NCBI GenBank assembly: GCA_964016885.1
Contig: OZ024747.1
Coordinates: forward strand, 35,526,001 to 35,590,000
Origin: Eledone cirrhosa
Taxonomy: Eukaryota
Length of the DNA stretch: 64,000 nucleotides
Direction of reading: 5' to 3'
Shown: positions 13,365 to 26,971 of the stretch, piece by piece
Position numbering within the stretch: position 1 is the first letter of the stretch
Layout: every line of letters starts with the position of its first letter
Made by a program: the position numbers and the translations under genes
The notes under the pieces: generated by a model
Told to the model about the DNA's origin: nothing
The model's database searches: none
Seen by the model: only the letters and a program-made list of their open reading frames with translations

Positions 13365-15324
13365 TAAAAATGTTTTGAACATTTCTTTGATTCTTATAAT
13401 TCACATAACTGCTCTGTAAATCATCTGATGTTTTTACATTGAGCTATTTAACTTACTGGTAATAAGGTAGTAATTTATTACTGCCTACCACTATTTAGGG
13501 TTTATATAAAAATATATATATCTGCAAAAGTTTTTTGTACATACATAATCATAAATAGTATAATTAATACTATATATATATATATATATATATATACGAT
13601 ATTAAACAAATGGAAATTATATTTATAAAACCATATTTATTTCATTATACATATTTCAGGGATACCATATTAAAAATATAGCATGCTTTCGTCAGATAAA
13701 ATACATTATATAACCAGTTTTATAAATAATTTTGACGTACCATAAATATAGCGACCATTAAGGTAGGAGTCTGGCTTGGTAGTGAAGTGTTTATAAATAT
13801 TTAGTGTTAATTACAGTTACAAATAAAGACGGAGAAAAAGAAGAAATGTATGTAAAGAAAAACAGAGAGAAATAGAGAGAAATAGGGGAGTGAGAAAGAG
13901 GGAGGAGGTAAAAAAGAGAGGCAACCGAAGGCAACAGATGAATAATAATAATTCATCATACAAATTGAGAGATTTAAGAGGGAGGGAGTACGGTAATTAT
14001 TTAGTTATAGTGTTAAGCACAGTTAGAGAAGAGACAGACTGAAAAGAAAGAGGGAGAAAAAAAAAATTATATAGGGGTAGGTGAAAATCAAGAGAGAAGT
14101 AAGAGAGAAACATGAGAGGCAAAGTCAAAACGACAGATACATAAACTTCATCATATATAAAGAGAGAGGGGAAGAAAGAGCTATATCTAGAGAGAGGGAT
14201 GATAGAGTTACATCTTTACGTCATGTCCTATCAATTTGAATTATCAATTCATAGGAACTGGGTAATATAATGTAAATATCAATATTCATGAATGAGACAT
14301 AGATATATAATGTGTGAAAATAATTTTGCTCAATAATGACCATATGTTTTGTTTAAAACTCTGAGGTCAATGTACCAAAAACTGAGATAAATCTTCAAAA
14401 AAATGAGATAAATCTTCAAAAGAAATTACTCTATTTATAAAAATACGGAGATATATACATACACATGCATATGCACTTTCTGGAAAAAGAAAAGAAAAAG
14501 AGAAAGAGAAAGTCATGTTAAACTCTAGTTGATAATATAGACATACACATTACTTTACGTGATCAACTCTTTAATTTCTTGTTTCACAAAAAAAATGGAT
14601 CTTGTGTTATGAAAGATTTCAATATATATATATACATAAAAAATAAACGATTAGTATTCATGCCCTCACACAAATGATCATCGTTCATGTATATAATATT
14701 ATGCATATCTGTAACATATACAGAACTATACCTACACATATATATACATATATATGTATATATAAGACATCTGCGTGAGTGTTCTAGCATCTCTATGCAC
14801 ACATACAGGCACATGAACAGATAAAATATACTCTGTAATCATTCCATATGCATATTAATACATATGGTCTTTGCACAGAGACAACCAGATATCAATATAT
14901 CAGCACATAAACATCAAAACGTTAAAATATGTTCAACACTCCCTAGGGCATCTCAAGCCACAAAAAACCCAGTATGCTTCATATATTTACCACAGAAATC
15001 TATCCTTCCAATTTTCCAGACAATATATTGCCAAGTTCTTTAGAAGCAATCAGAATAAAAAAGCAAATAAAAACCAAAAATTATTTAACAAAAATCATTT
15101 AAAGGATTTAGAAGACCCTGTGGTTCTACGGATGCTCTTATATTTAGTATAGAATTTTATCTTGCGTAAAATGTATTTAATACATTGGGAGCATCTACAT
15201 TTTAGAGTAGTTTAATTACATCATTTGTTTATATTTATGAAGAAGGTTTAAAAGAAAAAGTTGAAGGAATCGAAAGATTTATCGTCAGGTTTCATACATT
15301 AATTGAATTTCTTAATTAATTATA

Positions 15325-15630
15325 CTACATTTTGAATTTATATTTATATTTAAACGTTGAGTTCAATCTATGTCTGCAGCAACTGAATAAATTGCTCCTT
15401 AGATTAAGGGAATTTTTGGATTTTAATATAAAGAATATCTCCTCCACACAGAGATCACATGTCTCAGATGAGGAATAAAAAGGAATCCCTCTTGAGACAA
15501 TATTCCAAAACATCGAATACCCAACGTTATCACGTTTAAGTTGCCAGAGTAAGCTTGATAGTGAGGTTGAAGATTTTTTGTTTGGATCTATGAAAGAATT
15601 CTTATGATTATTGAAGCGAAGTTTCAATAT
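15325..15630 (-). pseudogene. Naiad-like GIY-YIG endonuclease C-terminal fragment
   Basis: LRFNNHKNSF..TSLSSLLWQLK..WNI..CDLCVEE..CCRHR. Confidence 0.85.
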
Positions 15631-16129
15631 ATATATATGAGAACCCCATATATATATATGAATACAAATAGACAAGGGTTAAAATGTCCTCTTAAGTATT
15701 CTGCTGATTTATCGTTGGTATTTCGACGCATTAAAAACTAGATACCTAAACTCAGTGCGAGCGATAACTCAATCAAGTTATCGGGACAGTGGGAAAACGG
15801 AGGGAAGGAAACAAACACATGGTGGTATGCAACGAAAAGAGAGGAAAAATTGAGACAAGTCAATGAATCATGTGGGCATAAGCCCGACATATCAAATTGA
15901 CGAGGAGAAAAAGACAAGTCCGAGCTGCGAGAAGATTGAGAGAGGACAGAAATTCAAGCAGGTCAGACGGGAGGAAGTGAGAGGGGGGAGAAGCAGAGAG
16001 CGAGTGAGTGAAAGTGGGAGGAAGGACCAGCGGAGAGAGATTTACCAGCAGTAGAAATTGAGGAAGTCAAGTGGTGAAGGAGAGAGAAAGGGTGATAGCA
16101 ATAATGTAACAGAAAATATACGAACCACA

Positions 16130-18520
16130 GCGAAGGGAAAAATTATGTGAATGAAAAATGGCGTGTTGCGTTGTTGCGAACAGTCAGACCCATCTACCTC
16201 TCCCATTTTACCACAACCCCCTCCCCTCCTTCAAACATGCTCACAACTCCACAACCTCCTCGTCCGAGATCCCTACCATCAACCCCTGTTCCTCAAACGA
16301 ATATCTTCCCTACTCCCGACCCCGCTGCCATACATCATCAACACTACCATCTTCCAGGGACCCTATGGCCACTGTCCGGCATTCCTTTCGCTGCACCTCC
16401 TCCAGCCTTGTCCAGTTACTCCTATGAACGGAGTGCGTCGCAACCTATGTCGGGCAGACCGGACGCCGCCTGGCCGACCGAGCACCTCCCTGACATCCGC
16501 CTCGGCTTGCTCCCCCATCGCTCGACACTTCTGCTCAGCTGGACACTCCGCTTGCAACTTGACCGTCTGCGGCCTAATTGCGTACCCTGGAACACCCGAT
16601 GCCCGACTTAGAGTTGAACAACGTACCATCTTCCAATTACAGATATCAATCACCCCAGGTTTGAACTCCCCACCCCTCTTCCGTTACTCCCCAACTGACT
16701 CCCCCTACCTACCACTAACTTTACTAACCTCCCACCACCCACATCTACCACCCGCATCCTCACTGAACAACATACACACACACTCACACGCACCCATTGC
16801 CGCCACATTACCGCCTACTATCTGACGCCCCCCCCCCCCATTAACGCACTAACATTTCCCCCTCACCAACCACCTACACGCACCTTCCTCTCCCACATCA
16901 CCTCCCCCTACTTTCACCACTAACCTCTACCCACATAATCTCACACCTCAAAACTAACCCCTTCGCTCAACTAGCCATTCCTTCACCCTTACCACCCTGA
17001 TACCACAAAATCTGACACGAACTTACACTCTAAACCAGGGGTTCTCAACCTCTTTTTCTCTGTGGACCACCGACATAAGTAATTTTTTCCTGTGGACCAC
17101 CTAAACTTTTAAATCTAATAGAACTGTACTTATAAGCATCAGTAGATGTTTTGTTCAATGAATTAGAAAATGCTATTATCATGTCGCAGTGCCTAAAAAT
17201 CTACGTAAATAAACAGCTGAAATCTTACTTATACGGAGAATAAGAACAGCGCTTTAAGTCAAATGCATGGATCAAAAAAGAATTTGCTATCGAGAATTTT
17301 CTGTGGACCACCTGAATTTTCCTGTGGACCAGGTTCCACATGGACCAGTTTCAGAACCCCTGCTCTAAACACATACATACACCATTATATGCACTCACTC
17401 ACACACCGACAATACCTCTTCGCATGTCCACTACGCTTTCTACACACACACATTCACATAACTCCATACACACATACATACACACATGCCACTCTCAGCC
17501 ACCTCCTCCCCCACACTTGCCTGTCTACACAGCTACTACCCTTCATGTAGTAGTACTATTATCATTCTCACTCTGACTCTTTCGACTTGACCCCTCCCGG
17601 TTGCGTACGTCACACTACCATTTCACTGCCTCATCACCATTTTCTTCTACTTGAAATTGGAATTTACCTCACATTGAAATACACCTGGTTAACCTTCGGA
17701 TCTTTACCCTCCACACACACACACACACACACACACACCAACATCCAATCATAAACATAGACTCAAACACACACACTTGCACCATTTCCGCACACACGCA
17801 ACTACACATATTACATGAACCCACATCACCTGCAGACACACCACGCAACCCCTTCTTGTAATCAGACAAACACACACGCACTTGCACACGTACACATACA
17901 CCCACCTTTCACCTCACACCGCCTCCGGATTTGACATGACCTCATCTCATCCCATCCGGCCCCCTCCATCACCACACACATACATACACACCTACACCCA
18001 TACAGAGGCTATACACACACAATGGTGTTTCAAAACCCATATTCACATACAGTCGCTTCGTTCCAGACTCTCACACTTACATACACACATACACACATCT
18101 ATACACACACCTTACATTCCGGCATCCGCGCACAAACTATAATTTTATTCCTTTGCCACAACCCCTTCCCTCAAACTCTCTCACCTCTTTCTACCCCTTA
18201 CACACTACTACACTCTTGCCATCCCGGACACGTACATCCTCCCCGCTCCCTGGCCGTCTTCTTAATTTTGACATTTAAAAAAAATAATTTTTTAGATATC
18301 TATTTAATTCTGTTTTTATTTATTTTGATTTTAATATTTTTTCATTTCGGTTTTCCCTGTCCTTACATGTTCTTCCTGTTAACTTCCATCCGTACTACCC
18401 TCCTCACTCACGCTCGGAGTTCCTCCCTACATTCCTGATGAAAGACTTATGTCCGAAACTTCGTAACCTCCACCACTATCACCAAGCGTGAAGCTAATAA
18501 CACTATGTACTATTGACACC
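16130..18520 (+). mobile_element. PLE 3' fragment of a second clade (GIY-YIG relic 16150-16670 plus long C/A-rich tail)
   Basis: SPIARHFCSAGHS..LTVCGL..RLRVEQRTIFQL..PGLN. HHR-like CTGATGA..GAC TTAT GTC..GAAAC at 18435-18460, without a clear stem I. Confidence 0.7.
17036..17362. mobile_element. hAT-type MITE
   Basis: TIRs CAGGGGTTCT/AGAACCCCTG, perfect 8-bp TSD CTCTAAAC, and subterminal TGTGGACCA repeats. Confidence 0.92.
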
Positions 18521-18554
18521 TGCGTCTGTTTGTCTTTTTGAACTATATATATAT

Positions 18555-18774
18555 GCGCGTGGCTGAGTGGTAAAAGAATTGGATTCGCAATCGAGAGGTT
18601 GTGAGTTCGATTCCCGGACCGGGTGATGCGTTATGTCCTTGAGCAAGACACTTTATTTCACGTTGCTCCTTCTACCTGGAGTTGCGACCTATAGATAGTA
18701 TTAGCAATTGGAAAGACCCATAGAAACATTGTTTCCTCGGTCCGATTTTGGCGAAAGTCAATCGAGTGGCGATA

Positions 18775-18775
<1 letters not shown>
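18555..18775 (+). mobile_element. tRNA-derived SINE
   Basis: A-box TGGCTGAGTGG, B-box GAGTTCGATTCC, CORE-like GTCCTTGAGCAAGACACTT, and a microsatellite tail. Confidence 0.85.
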
Positions 18776-18842
<67 letters not shown>

Positions 18843-19023
18843 TACAATAACAGAGATAGTTTAAAGCTAATCTCTGACTGGTAACCATCTCACTCAACAA
18901 ACATTAGGTTATATTTTAATATAGACCCAATTTAAGTGTTTGGGGTGCTAACACTATGTATTATGTGGAAAAGCCAGTTGTATTATTTTATGAGATATAA
19001 TTAAAGTTAAAATATATCTCTCT

Positions 19024-19148
19024 TTCAAAACAATTGTTTCATTATAAGTTTTCTACAAATTCGGAGAATATTTCCAGTTTATGTAGAAGCCTAATATACA
19101 TTCATGTAAGAATATATTTAGGTAGGCGCTTATAAATCATCAGTGGAA
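19024..19148 (-). ncRNA. Hammerhead with extended stem II
   Basis: Minus strand: TTCCA-CTGATGA-TTTATAAG..CTTATAAT-GAAA-CAATTG-TT-TTGAA (one stem I mismatch). Confidence 0.7.
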
Positions 19149-20004
19149 GCCCATTAAACTTTGATATAAGAAAACCATTTCTTACCAAGGTTAAAAATCG
19201 TGTCCGTTAAGTAGCTCCCTCCCGCATCGAATGACCGGCAAATTTGAAATTCCAGCAGTTTTTGACTGAGGAAGTGTTATAGCGTCACTAAGCGGGAAGG
19301 GGAGACAACCACGATCCACGAAAGGAGGAAAAAAAATAATATACACGCGGGTTAATCAGTTTAATCGAAAACATTATCAATCCAACGTGTTAAGAACTCA
19401 ATTGAAATTAAAAAAATGATATATGCGTGTATAAATTACACACGCATATAGATATTTTCTTAGGCTAAAATCAGAGGTTGTACCTGAATAAGAAACTGCA
19501 TCTCGTAACCGTTGTAAATACGGAAAGTTATGCTTTAAAGGGCAAATGGGAATGTAAATCTCCGGCCGAATTAAGAGTAAAATATAAAACACACACGGGT
19601 TAATTTGTTATTTCAAAACCAATATCAATTCCTCGTGTAAAGAACTCAATTAATTTAAAAAAATAAATGTATGCATGTAAATATATACATAGGCATATAT
19701 ATATTTTCTAAGGCTAAAAAACAGAGAAGTTACAACCAATAAAAACCACAATATCGCACAACAGTAATAAATACGGAAAGTCAAATTTATAAGGTACCTG
19801 GAAATAAACACCTCTGGCCTTAATACAATAACAGAGATAGTTTAAAGCTAATCTCTGACTGGTAACCATCTCACTCAACAAACATTAGGTTATATTTTAA
19901 TATAAAGCCAATTTAAGTGTTTGGGGTGCTAACAATATGTATTATGTGGAAAAGCCAGTTGTATTATTTTATGAGATATAATTAAAGTTAAAATATATCT
20001 CTCT

Positions 20005-20129
20005 TTCCAAACAATTGTTTCATTATAAGTTTTCTACAAATTCGGAGAATATTTCCAGTTTATGTAGAAGCCTAATATACATTCATGTAAGAATATATTG
20101 AGGTGGGCGCTTATAAATCATCAGTGGAA
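20005..20129 (-). ncRNA. Hammerhead with extended stem II (intact)
   Basis: Minus strand: TTCCA-CTGATGA-TTTATAAG..CTTATAAT-GAAA-CAATTG-TT-TGGAA. Confidence 0.8.
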
Positions 20130-20165
20130 GCCCATTAAACTTTGATATAAGAAAAACATATATAT

Positions 20166-20209
<44 letters not shown>

Positions 20210-21399
20210 GAACAAATAAAGCAAAACAGTCAAATGGATGCAAAAATACAAAGTGTTTATAGCATCACGCTTAGATGAAGTGGAGGAGGATTCTAAGTTT
20301 CGGATGGATGTCCTCACTCGTGAAATAGAGAGTTAGGATAAGGAGAGAACAGGTAGGTATATGAAAGTTTGGTAAATATTTTTGTATATAATATAAAAGA
20401 GAGATGTTTCTTGGTTGGTTGGTTCGCACGAAAATTACACACACACAAAGACACACACACACAGGCACACATCTAAAGAGAGAGACACACAGAGGGAGAG
20501 GCAGAAAAAGACAGTTAGGCCGTTTTACAGACAGATACAATTAAAGTGCTACATATTCTGATATGGTTTACACACACACACACACACGCACATATCTCTA
20601 TATATATTAGCAGGAGTCTGTGTATTTGTATGTCTGTGCATATTGCTAATGGGGGACAGAGAGGGGAGAGAATGAAACGGAGAGACAAAAAGCGGAAGTA
20701 GCTCTTTACTCTTCCCTCTCCTCAATATCCTCATTCGTCACAACGTCTTTCGATAGAGGGGAGCAAAGGAAATAGTGTGAGTGAGTGAGTTAGAAAGAGA
20801 GAGATAGGGGTGGGGGAGAAACAGACAAACTAAAAGAGAGGAAGTGCCACAGAGTGTGTGAGCGAGAGAAACACAGAATTTACAAAAAAAAAGAGAGAAG
20901 AGAGAAAGAAACACACAGAGAACAAATTTCTATAGAAGTTGAAAGAAAGTCGGCAGAAAAGGAGGGGGATAACGGGAGAGAGAGAGACAGGAAGTGTGAT
21001 AGAGAGGGAGAAAGCGAGAAAAACGTTGTGTTCGACACTGTATGTGGATGTGTCAGTGTACATACAGGTGTGTGTGATGTGCAAATAAGAGGGGAAGTAA
21101 AGCAATAACTATTATCATGTGTGCGCGTGTGTTTACGTGCGTGGGTGCATGTGTGTGTGTGTATGTGCAGCGTTCCACAGAAAGTAAAAACTATCAACAT
21201 GTGTGAGAGTTTGCGGGCGTGTATGCGGCGTTCCACAATCGCCATTTATTTCAGTCATTCTTGTGATGATATTCATGTAATTTTCACTCATTTTTTCATT
21301 TATTCCCCATTTTAAATTTCAAAAGAGTTTCCTAGAAAAATGTTCCCACTCTCTTCAAGAGGAAACGGGGTAAATGTAGACGTTCAGTATTCTACTCTG

Positions 21400-24159
21400 T
21401 AGCAAATACGAGTACAGCTAGGCAGAGCAAGATCACGAGAGTCCCCTGCACAACAACAGAAAACATGAACACGACCGAAGAAGAGTTGCTGCACACAAAG
21501 CCAATGAGTCACAAGAGGTAAGGGATATTCGTAAAAACAATTATGTCAACAAAATGTTAACCGCAGGAACCAGGAGTAAAAAAAAAAAGGAAAGAGAAAC
21601 ATGTTTAAAGGATGCAAGACAAAGACAACCTGCCAGAGTTGCCAACGAGATAATAGGTCAGAGAAAGATTAGAAAAACATAAAAAAACAGGAGACAACAG
21701 TTGCTGCAAGACTTCGCCAAACCTCGGAGAAAAGACGTAAGCGTCTTGATCAAGAAAGGCTGAATACGTTTGATGAAAGTGTTGCATCTTTCAAGGGAAC
21801 TTAGAAAAGATCAGCTTTCAACTATGATCCCAAACATAATTATTCTACAGAGAAATTGATTGATATTGGAGCAATGTGAAAAAGTGCTCAATATTTGTAA
21901 AGGAAGGTTGGGAAAGAGAAAGCACTATTATCTGTTGCGGTGGAGGAATGGTTGTTTTACCGACGTTTGGTGCACCCCCAGATAATTTGAAGGCATTGCT
22001 TTTGGGAAACACACCAAGGTGCATGCACTTTTTGAAAAACATTAGGAATTATAATTCTGCTTTCCAAATGACCTCCTTTGGTAACAATATTATGAGGGAA
22101 GGGAACATGAAGCCAACTTTTAAATTTCAAGGTGAACTATACCATCGTATTGGATTTTTGTTGTCAACTGAAGGCAAAGATCCTCAGTTTATTTCTGATA
22201 TAGTTTGTGGCAAATTACAAGGAGAGGCCTTTGCAACGGTTATTTAACCTCCCAAATGTGACAGAAGATTTAATCTTTGATCTGTAAGATATGTTGCATC
22301 CAAACAATAGCTACATCAGAAGCTTCAAGTGTGCATTAGAATCTGCACCACCCACTGAATACAAAACAGTTATTGATGCAGACAAATAGCTTGTTGCTGA
22401 AGACAGAGGCTGCAATAATGCCCATGCCGCAAATGAAGTAGCAGCAATTATTACAGGTGACGAGTATGGGAAGAGTGGTATTATTATTCAAGGAAGGGGA
22501 AATACGATGCAGCAGATAAATGCAACCCACCGATCATATGATGCACTCCAGTATCCATTAACGTGTGAATTTGGCTAGGAGGGATATCCCTTTGGTATAA
22601 AATAAAACTGATCTTAAAAGCAGAGCTCCTGCACTGGCAAAAACAGTAAGCTGCATGATATTCTATGTTTAACCTTTCATAGTAAGAGAGCAAGGCTTCA
22701 ATATTATTCATCGTTCACGTGAGCTCTTCCAGCAATTTGCAGTTAAAAATGTATGCAAAAATTGAAGGAGAAAGGCTTCTTTACATTAGAGGACATCAGA
22801 TAAACTCCATACATCAGATTACATTCACCTGAGAGTTGCAATCAGTAATGAAGGAGCGTTGGCTGCTGATAACATTGGACAGCTTTGTGTTATTCTTCTA
22901 TCAAGCTTTACAGGAAGTTCACGGTATATGCATGAGAGTACCTAAAATGCACTTACATATGTCAGACACTATGATCAACCAGGCGTCTTCATTATATTGA
23001 CATGTAACCCAACATTGCATGAACTTGTTTATCAATCAACCACCCAAAAATCGCCATGATATTTTCGCGAGGGTTTTCATACTTAAAGCTGTATAGCTGA
23101 TGAATCTCCTAAAAAGATGTGAAGTCTTTGGACCAGGCAAATGTGACATGTACACAATTGAATGGCAAAAACGAGGATTGCCACATCCCACATTTTGATT
23201 TGGTTACATGAAAAACTTCAGCCACATGATTTTTATCTATTTATGTCAGCTGAACTGCTTGATCCACAGCAAGATCCTTTCCTTCATAAACTTGTCAAGT
23301 CCCAGATTATTTATGGGCCCTGTGGTTCAATTAATCCATCCTCCCCATGTATGAGGGATAATAAGTGTACCAAGAACTACCCACGTCCCTTTGTACGAGA
23401 AACCCAAACTGGATAATATGGCTACCCCCTTTACAGTAGAAGAAAACCTGGGCATGGTGGATTCACTTCGAAAGAAAAAAATGAGAAATGGGCAATAATT
23501 CATCATTGACAATCAGTGGGTTGTACCCTACTGTCCTCTTACAAAACCTTTCAAAGTCCAAATCAATGTTGAATTCTGCAACTCTGTTAAGTCTGTTAAG
23601 TATGTTTGCAAATATATAAACAATTGTTTAGATGCTGCAACATACACTCCTATGTAGAATGGCAGTCAGCAGATAAATAAAAATGATGAGGTTACACAGT
23701 ATGAGAGAGGAAGATACATCAGTAGCAATGAGGCTTTTTGGCACAACTTCAATTTTCCCGTTCATGAGAGGCGACCAGCCCTCATTCATCTGAGTGTCCA
23801 TCTAGAGAATGGCCGAAGGGTTACCATTACAAAACAAACAGGCTTGCAGCAAGCACTTTCGCCAAAAGAAACTACCATTGCTTCATTTTTTTAAGTTGTG
23901 TCAAAAGACGAAGATGCAAGAAAACAACTTTACCTAGAATTACCCAAGTATAACACCTGGAGAAAAAAATAAATGGCACAAAAGGAAACATGAGGCTGAC
24001 AACATTTCAAGTTTACAGTGTCCAACCAAGCCAAGCAGAATGCTACTACTTACAGTTCCTTTTGTATGAAGTGCGTGGTCCCAAATCATTCCAGAATTTG
24101 AGGAGGGTAAATGGTCATGTGTGTGAAACTTATAAAAGCAAGTTTTTTTAAATAGAAAA
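21400..24159 (+). pseudogene. Second Helitron Rep-Hel pseudogene, N-terminal/Rep part
   Basis: CCGGGMVVLP, FLKNIRNYNSAFQMTSFG, FQGELYHRIG, EWQKRGLPH, YGPCGSINPSSPCM, KYVCKYI. Confidence 0.92.
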
Positions 24160-25068
24160 CTAGCAACAGTACCCAACGTTGCCTGGGGGGGGGGGGGTTA
24201 CGATAGTATCTGCTTTGATGAAAAGGTGTTGATCTTAGCGACTGCGAGTTTCTTGAAAATCGGTCGTAAGGTGTAGCAAATGGCAAAATGTTGAGTGAAA
24301 TGGTATGGATGTGGGAGGTGTTAAAAGGCTGCCACACCGTCCCTGAACAAAAATGCAAAATTTAAAGCTACTTTAAGATGTGCAATGATAGGTTCTATCG
24401 TAGTATAAAGCTTGCACCAAATAAATTGATTTATGTGTCAGGTGGAGCCGAAGCTTTGAATTTGAACGAAATCGGTTGAAAAATGTGGGGGCTAGAGCCG
24501 AAAAGGCGGAAATTTGAGCGAAAATATGGTATTTTCAAATATTTAAGTGACTGCTACGCCGTTCCTGAACAAAATATCCGAAATGTAAAAGTACTTTAAG
24601 ACGTGAAATAATCCGATCTAGCGTAGTGTACAATTTGAACAAAGTAGGTTGATTAATGTGGGAGTTAGAGCTGAAAAAGTGAGTATAAAAGAGGTATTTT
24701 TTTAATATTTAAGCGGCTGCCACGCCGTCCCTGAACAACAAATGCAAAATATAAAGGGATCAGAGGATGTGCGATGATAAATTATATTTTGCTTTAAAAT
24801 TTGAACGAAATCGGTTGCAAAATGAGGGAGCTATGGCTAAAAATCTTATTTTTCGATACCTATAATAAATAAGGTGCCCCCCTAGCGATTTTTATCTGCA
24901 GAATGACCCCAGAATAAAAAAGGATACGCTGATATATAGAAAACACTCCCCGATGATTAATATATGAGCCTGTAAAGTTTCATGAAAATCGGTCGTAAGA
25001 TGTAGTCCCCTGTAGGTAATACACAGACACACAGACACACACACACATATTTAATTTTATATATATAC

Positions 25069-25152
<84 letters not shown>

Positions 25153-25153
25153 G

Positions 25154-25185
<32 letters not shown>

Positions 25186-25192
25186 TACAGAT

Positions 25193-25195
<3 letters not shown>
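24160..25195 (-). mobile_element. Non-autonomous Helitron A
   Basis: Minus-strand 3' end CCCAGGCAACGTTGGG hairpin ..CTAG at an A|T site. Internal AAATCGGT repeats; 5' end (TA/CA)-rich and approximate. Confidence 0.75.
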
Positions 25196-25232
<37 letters not shown>

Positions 25233-25842
25233 ACTAGTACTGTTTCATTCAGATGAAATCTTCAGGAAACTGGGTGTCATATTAAGTTCTGGTATTTATA
25301 CATTTAGGTAGTGGTACGGGAGGGGTGGTGGAAGGGGGTATTTAGGTACTCAGGACCACTCATGGCACAGGCCGTTTTTTCTTTGGGGAGTGGTCAATTA
25401 GCCAGAGTGCTTCTTTGAAATAAATAAATAAGTAAATAAATAAATAAATGAATAAATAGATAAAAGAATAAATAAATAAAATAAATAAAATAGATTAAAA
25501 AATTAAATAATATAAAATAAGTAAATCAAAACCCCAAGAATAGTAATTCAACAGATATATAGTAGGGAAATTTAGGTGGGTTGGTAATAGAAATTAAACA
25601 TTTAACAAGACCGAATCATGGCACAGACTGGGGTGAGTGGTCAAGTTAACATACAAGCACAGGTGGACAGAGTGTTTTTGTAGGATGGAAAGAATAAAAT
25701 ATATTTACATACTCACAACCACATGCAAAAACACTTACACACACATATATATACACACACATAATTAAACACTTACACACACATATATACCTATATATAT
25801 ATATGTGTGTGTGTGTGTGTGCACACCTACACACCCACACAC

Positions 25843-25895
<53 letters not shown>

Positions 25896-26201
25896 TACAT
25901 ATACAAACACACACACATACATACATACACATATATACATATATACACAAGGAAAACCCAAACACACAAATATACACACACACACGCATACACATGCACA
26001 CACATATATATCTACACATACATATATATGTATACATATATATTACATATATATATATATATACATACCTACATGTACGTATGTCTCTCTCGTGTGAACT
26101 ATACTATACATACACATACATACATATGCACACACATACATACACATACATTCACACATATATATACAAATATACACATACACACACACATACATATAAA
26201 A

Positions 26202-26215
<14 letters not shown>
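25233..26215 (-). repeat. PLE tail plus pLTR, inverted duplicate of about 41500-42620
   Basis: Both the unique and the microsatellite sequence match the reverse complement of 41.5-42.6 kb. Truncated HHR at 25233-25271. Confidence 0.8.
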
Positions 26216-26244
<29 letters not shown>

Positions 26245-26281
26245 TACACACATATATACATATATATATATACCCATACAC

Positions 26282-26314
<33 letters not shown>

Positions 26315-26317
26315 AAT

Positions 26318-26378
<61 letters not shown>

Positions 26379-26419
26379 CACACATATATATATATATATA
26401 TATACATATGCATACATAT

Positions 26420-26460
<41 letters not shown>

Positions 26461-26641
26461 CGTTATTCCGGGTTGAATCGGAGGTAACCACAGTAAGTAA
26501 AGTACTCAATACATAGCAGAGTATAACAGTTTTAATATAGATGAGATTCTACAGGACTAGAACTGTTTCATTCATTAGAAATCATCAGGGATTCCTGATG
26601 ATTTCTAATGAATGAAACAGTTCTAGTCCTGTAGAATCTCA

Positions 26642-26648
<7 letters not shown>
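26461..26648. repeat. PLE pLTR end with a head-to-head HHR hairpin
   Basis: Arms 26535-26589 and 26594-26648. The plus-strand HHR at 26589-26639 is intact. Confidence 0.88.
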
Positions 26649-26713
<65 letters not shown>

Positions 26714-26971
26714 GATAAATCTACCAAGAGTTTACGGTAGTGAAAAATCACTTTCGGTGAAAGATAAACGGTATACAGAGTCAATATTGTTGAATATGCA
26801 TGCCAACTCTAACACATATATATCCTAGAAACGATCGTTAAATAATGAACTTTTTTTGTTTAATATAAGGAATTGTTTATTCATTATTTGTTTAATATTT
26901 TATATATATATATATATATATATGTGTGAAGAAAATCCTAGCTATCGGAGTATCGTTCTTTTTATTTACGT

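Larger units (their letters stand above)
10129..13403 (+). mobile_element. 5'-truncated Naiad-like PLE with inverted pseudo-LTRs
   Basis: RT/EN relics at 10380-11885 (FDITMGSSDSAQVTDLVG, GGLYRDE, FFNPPF, CNC..CPL..CL, CNLC). 10129-10353 is the reverse complement of about 13177-13403. Confidence 0.9.
18841..20155 (-). mobile_element. Tandem retrozyme-like repeat (981-bp unit, about 1.3 copies, two HHRs)
   Basis: Position 18841 recurs at 19822. There is an internal duplication of about 250 bp and no ORF. Confidence 0.8.

Noticed and set aside
18555-18625. tRNA gene
   Set aside because: It lacks a proper acceptor stem and continues into a SINE body.
20180-21320. Possible host exon or promoter
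   Set aside because: It is GA/GT low-complexity sequence with no recognisable coding or splice structure.
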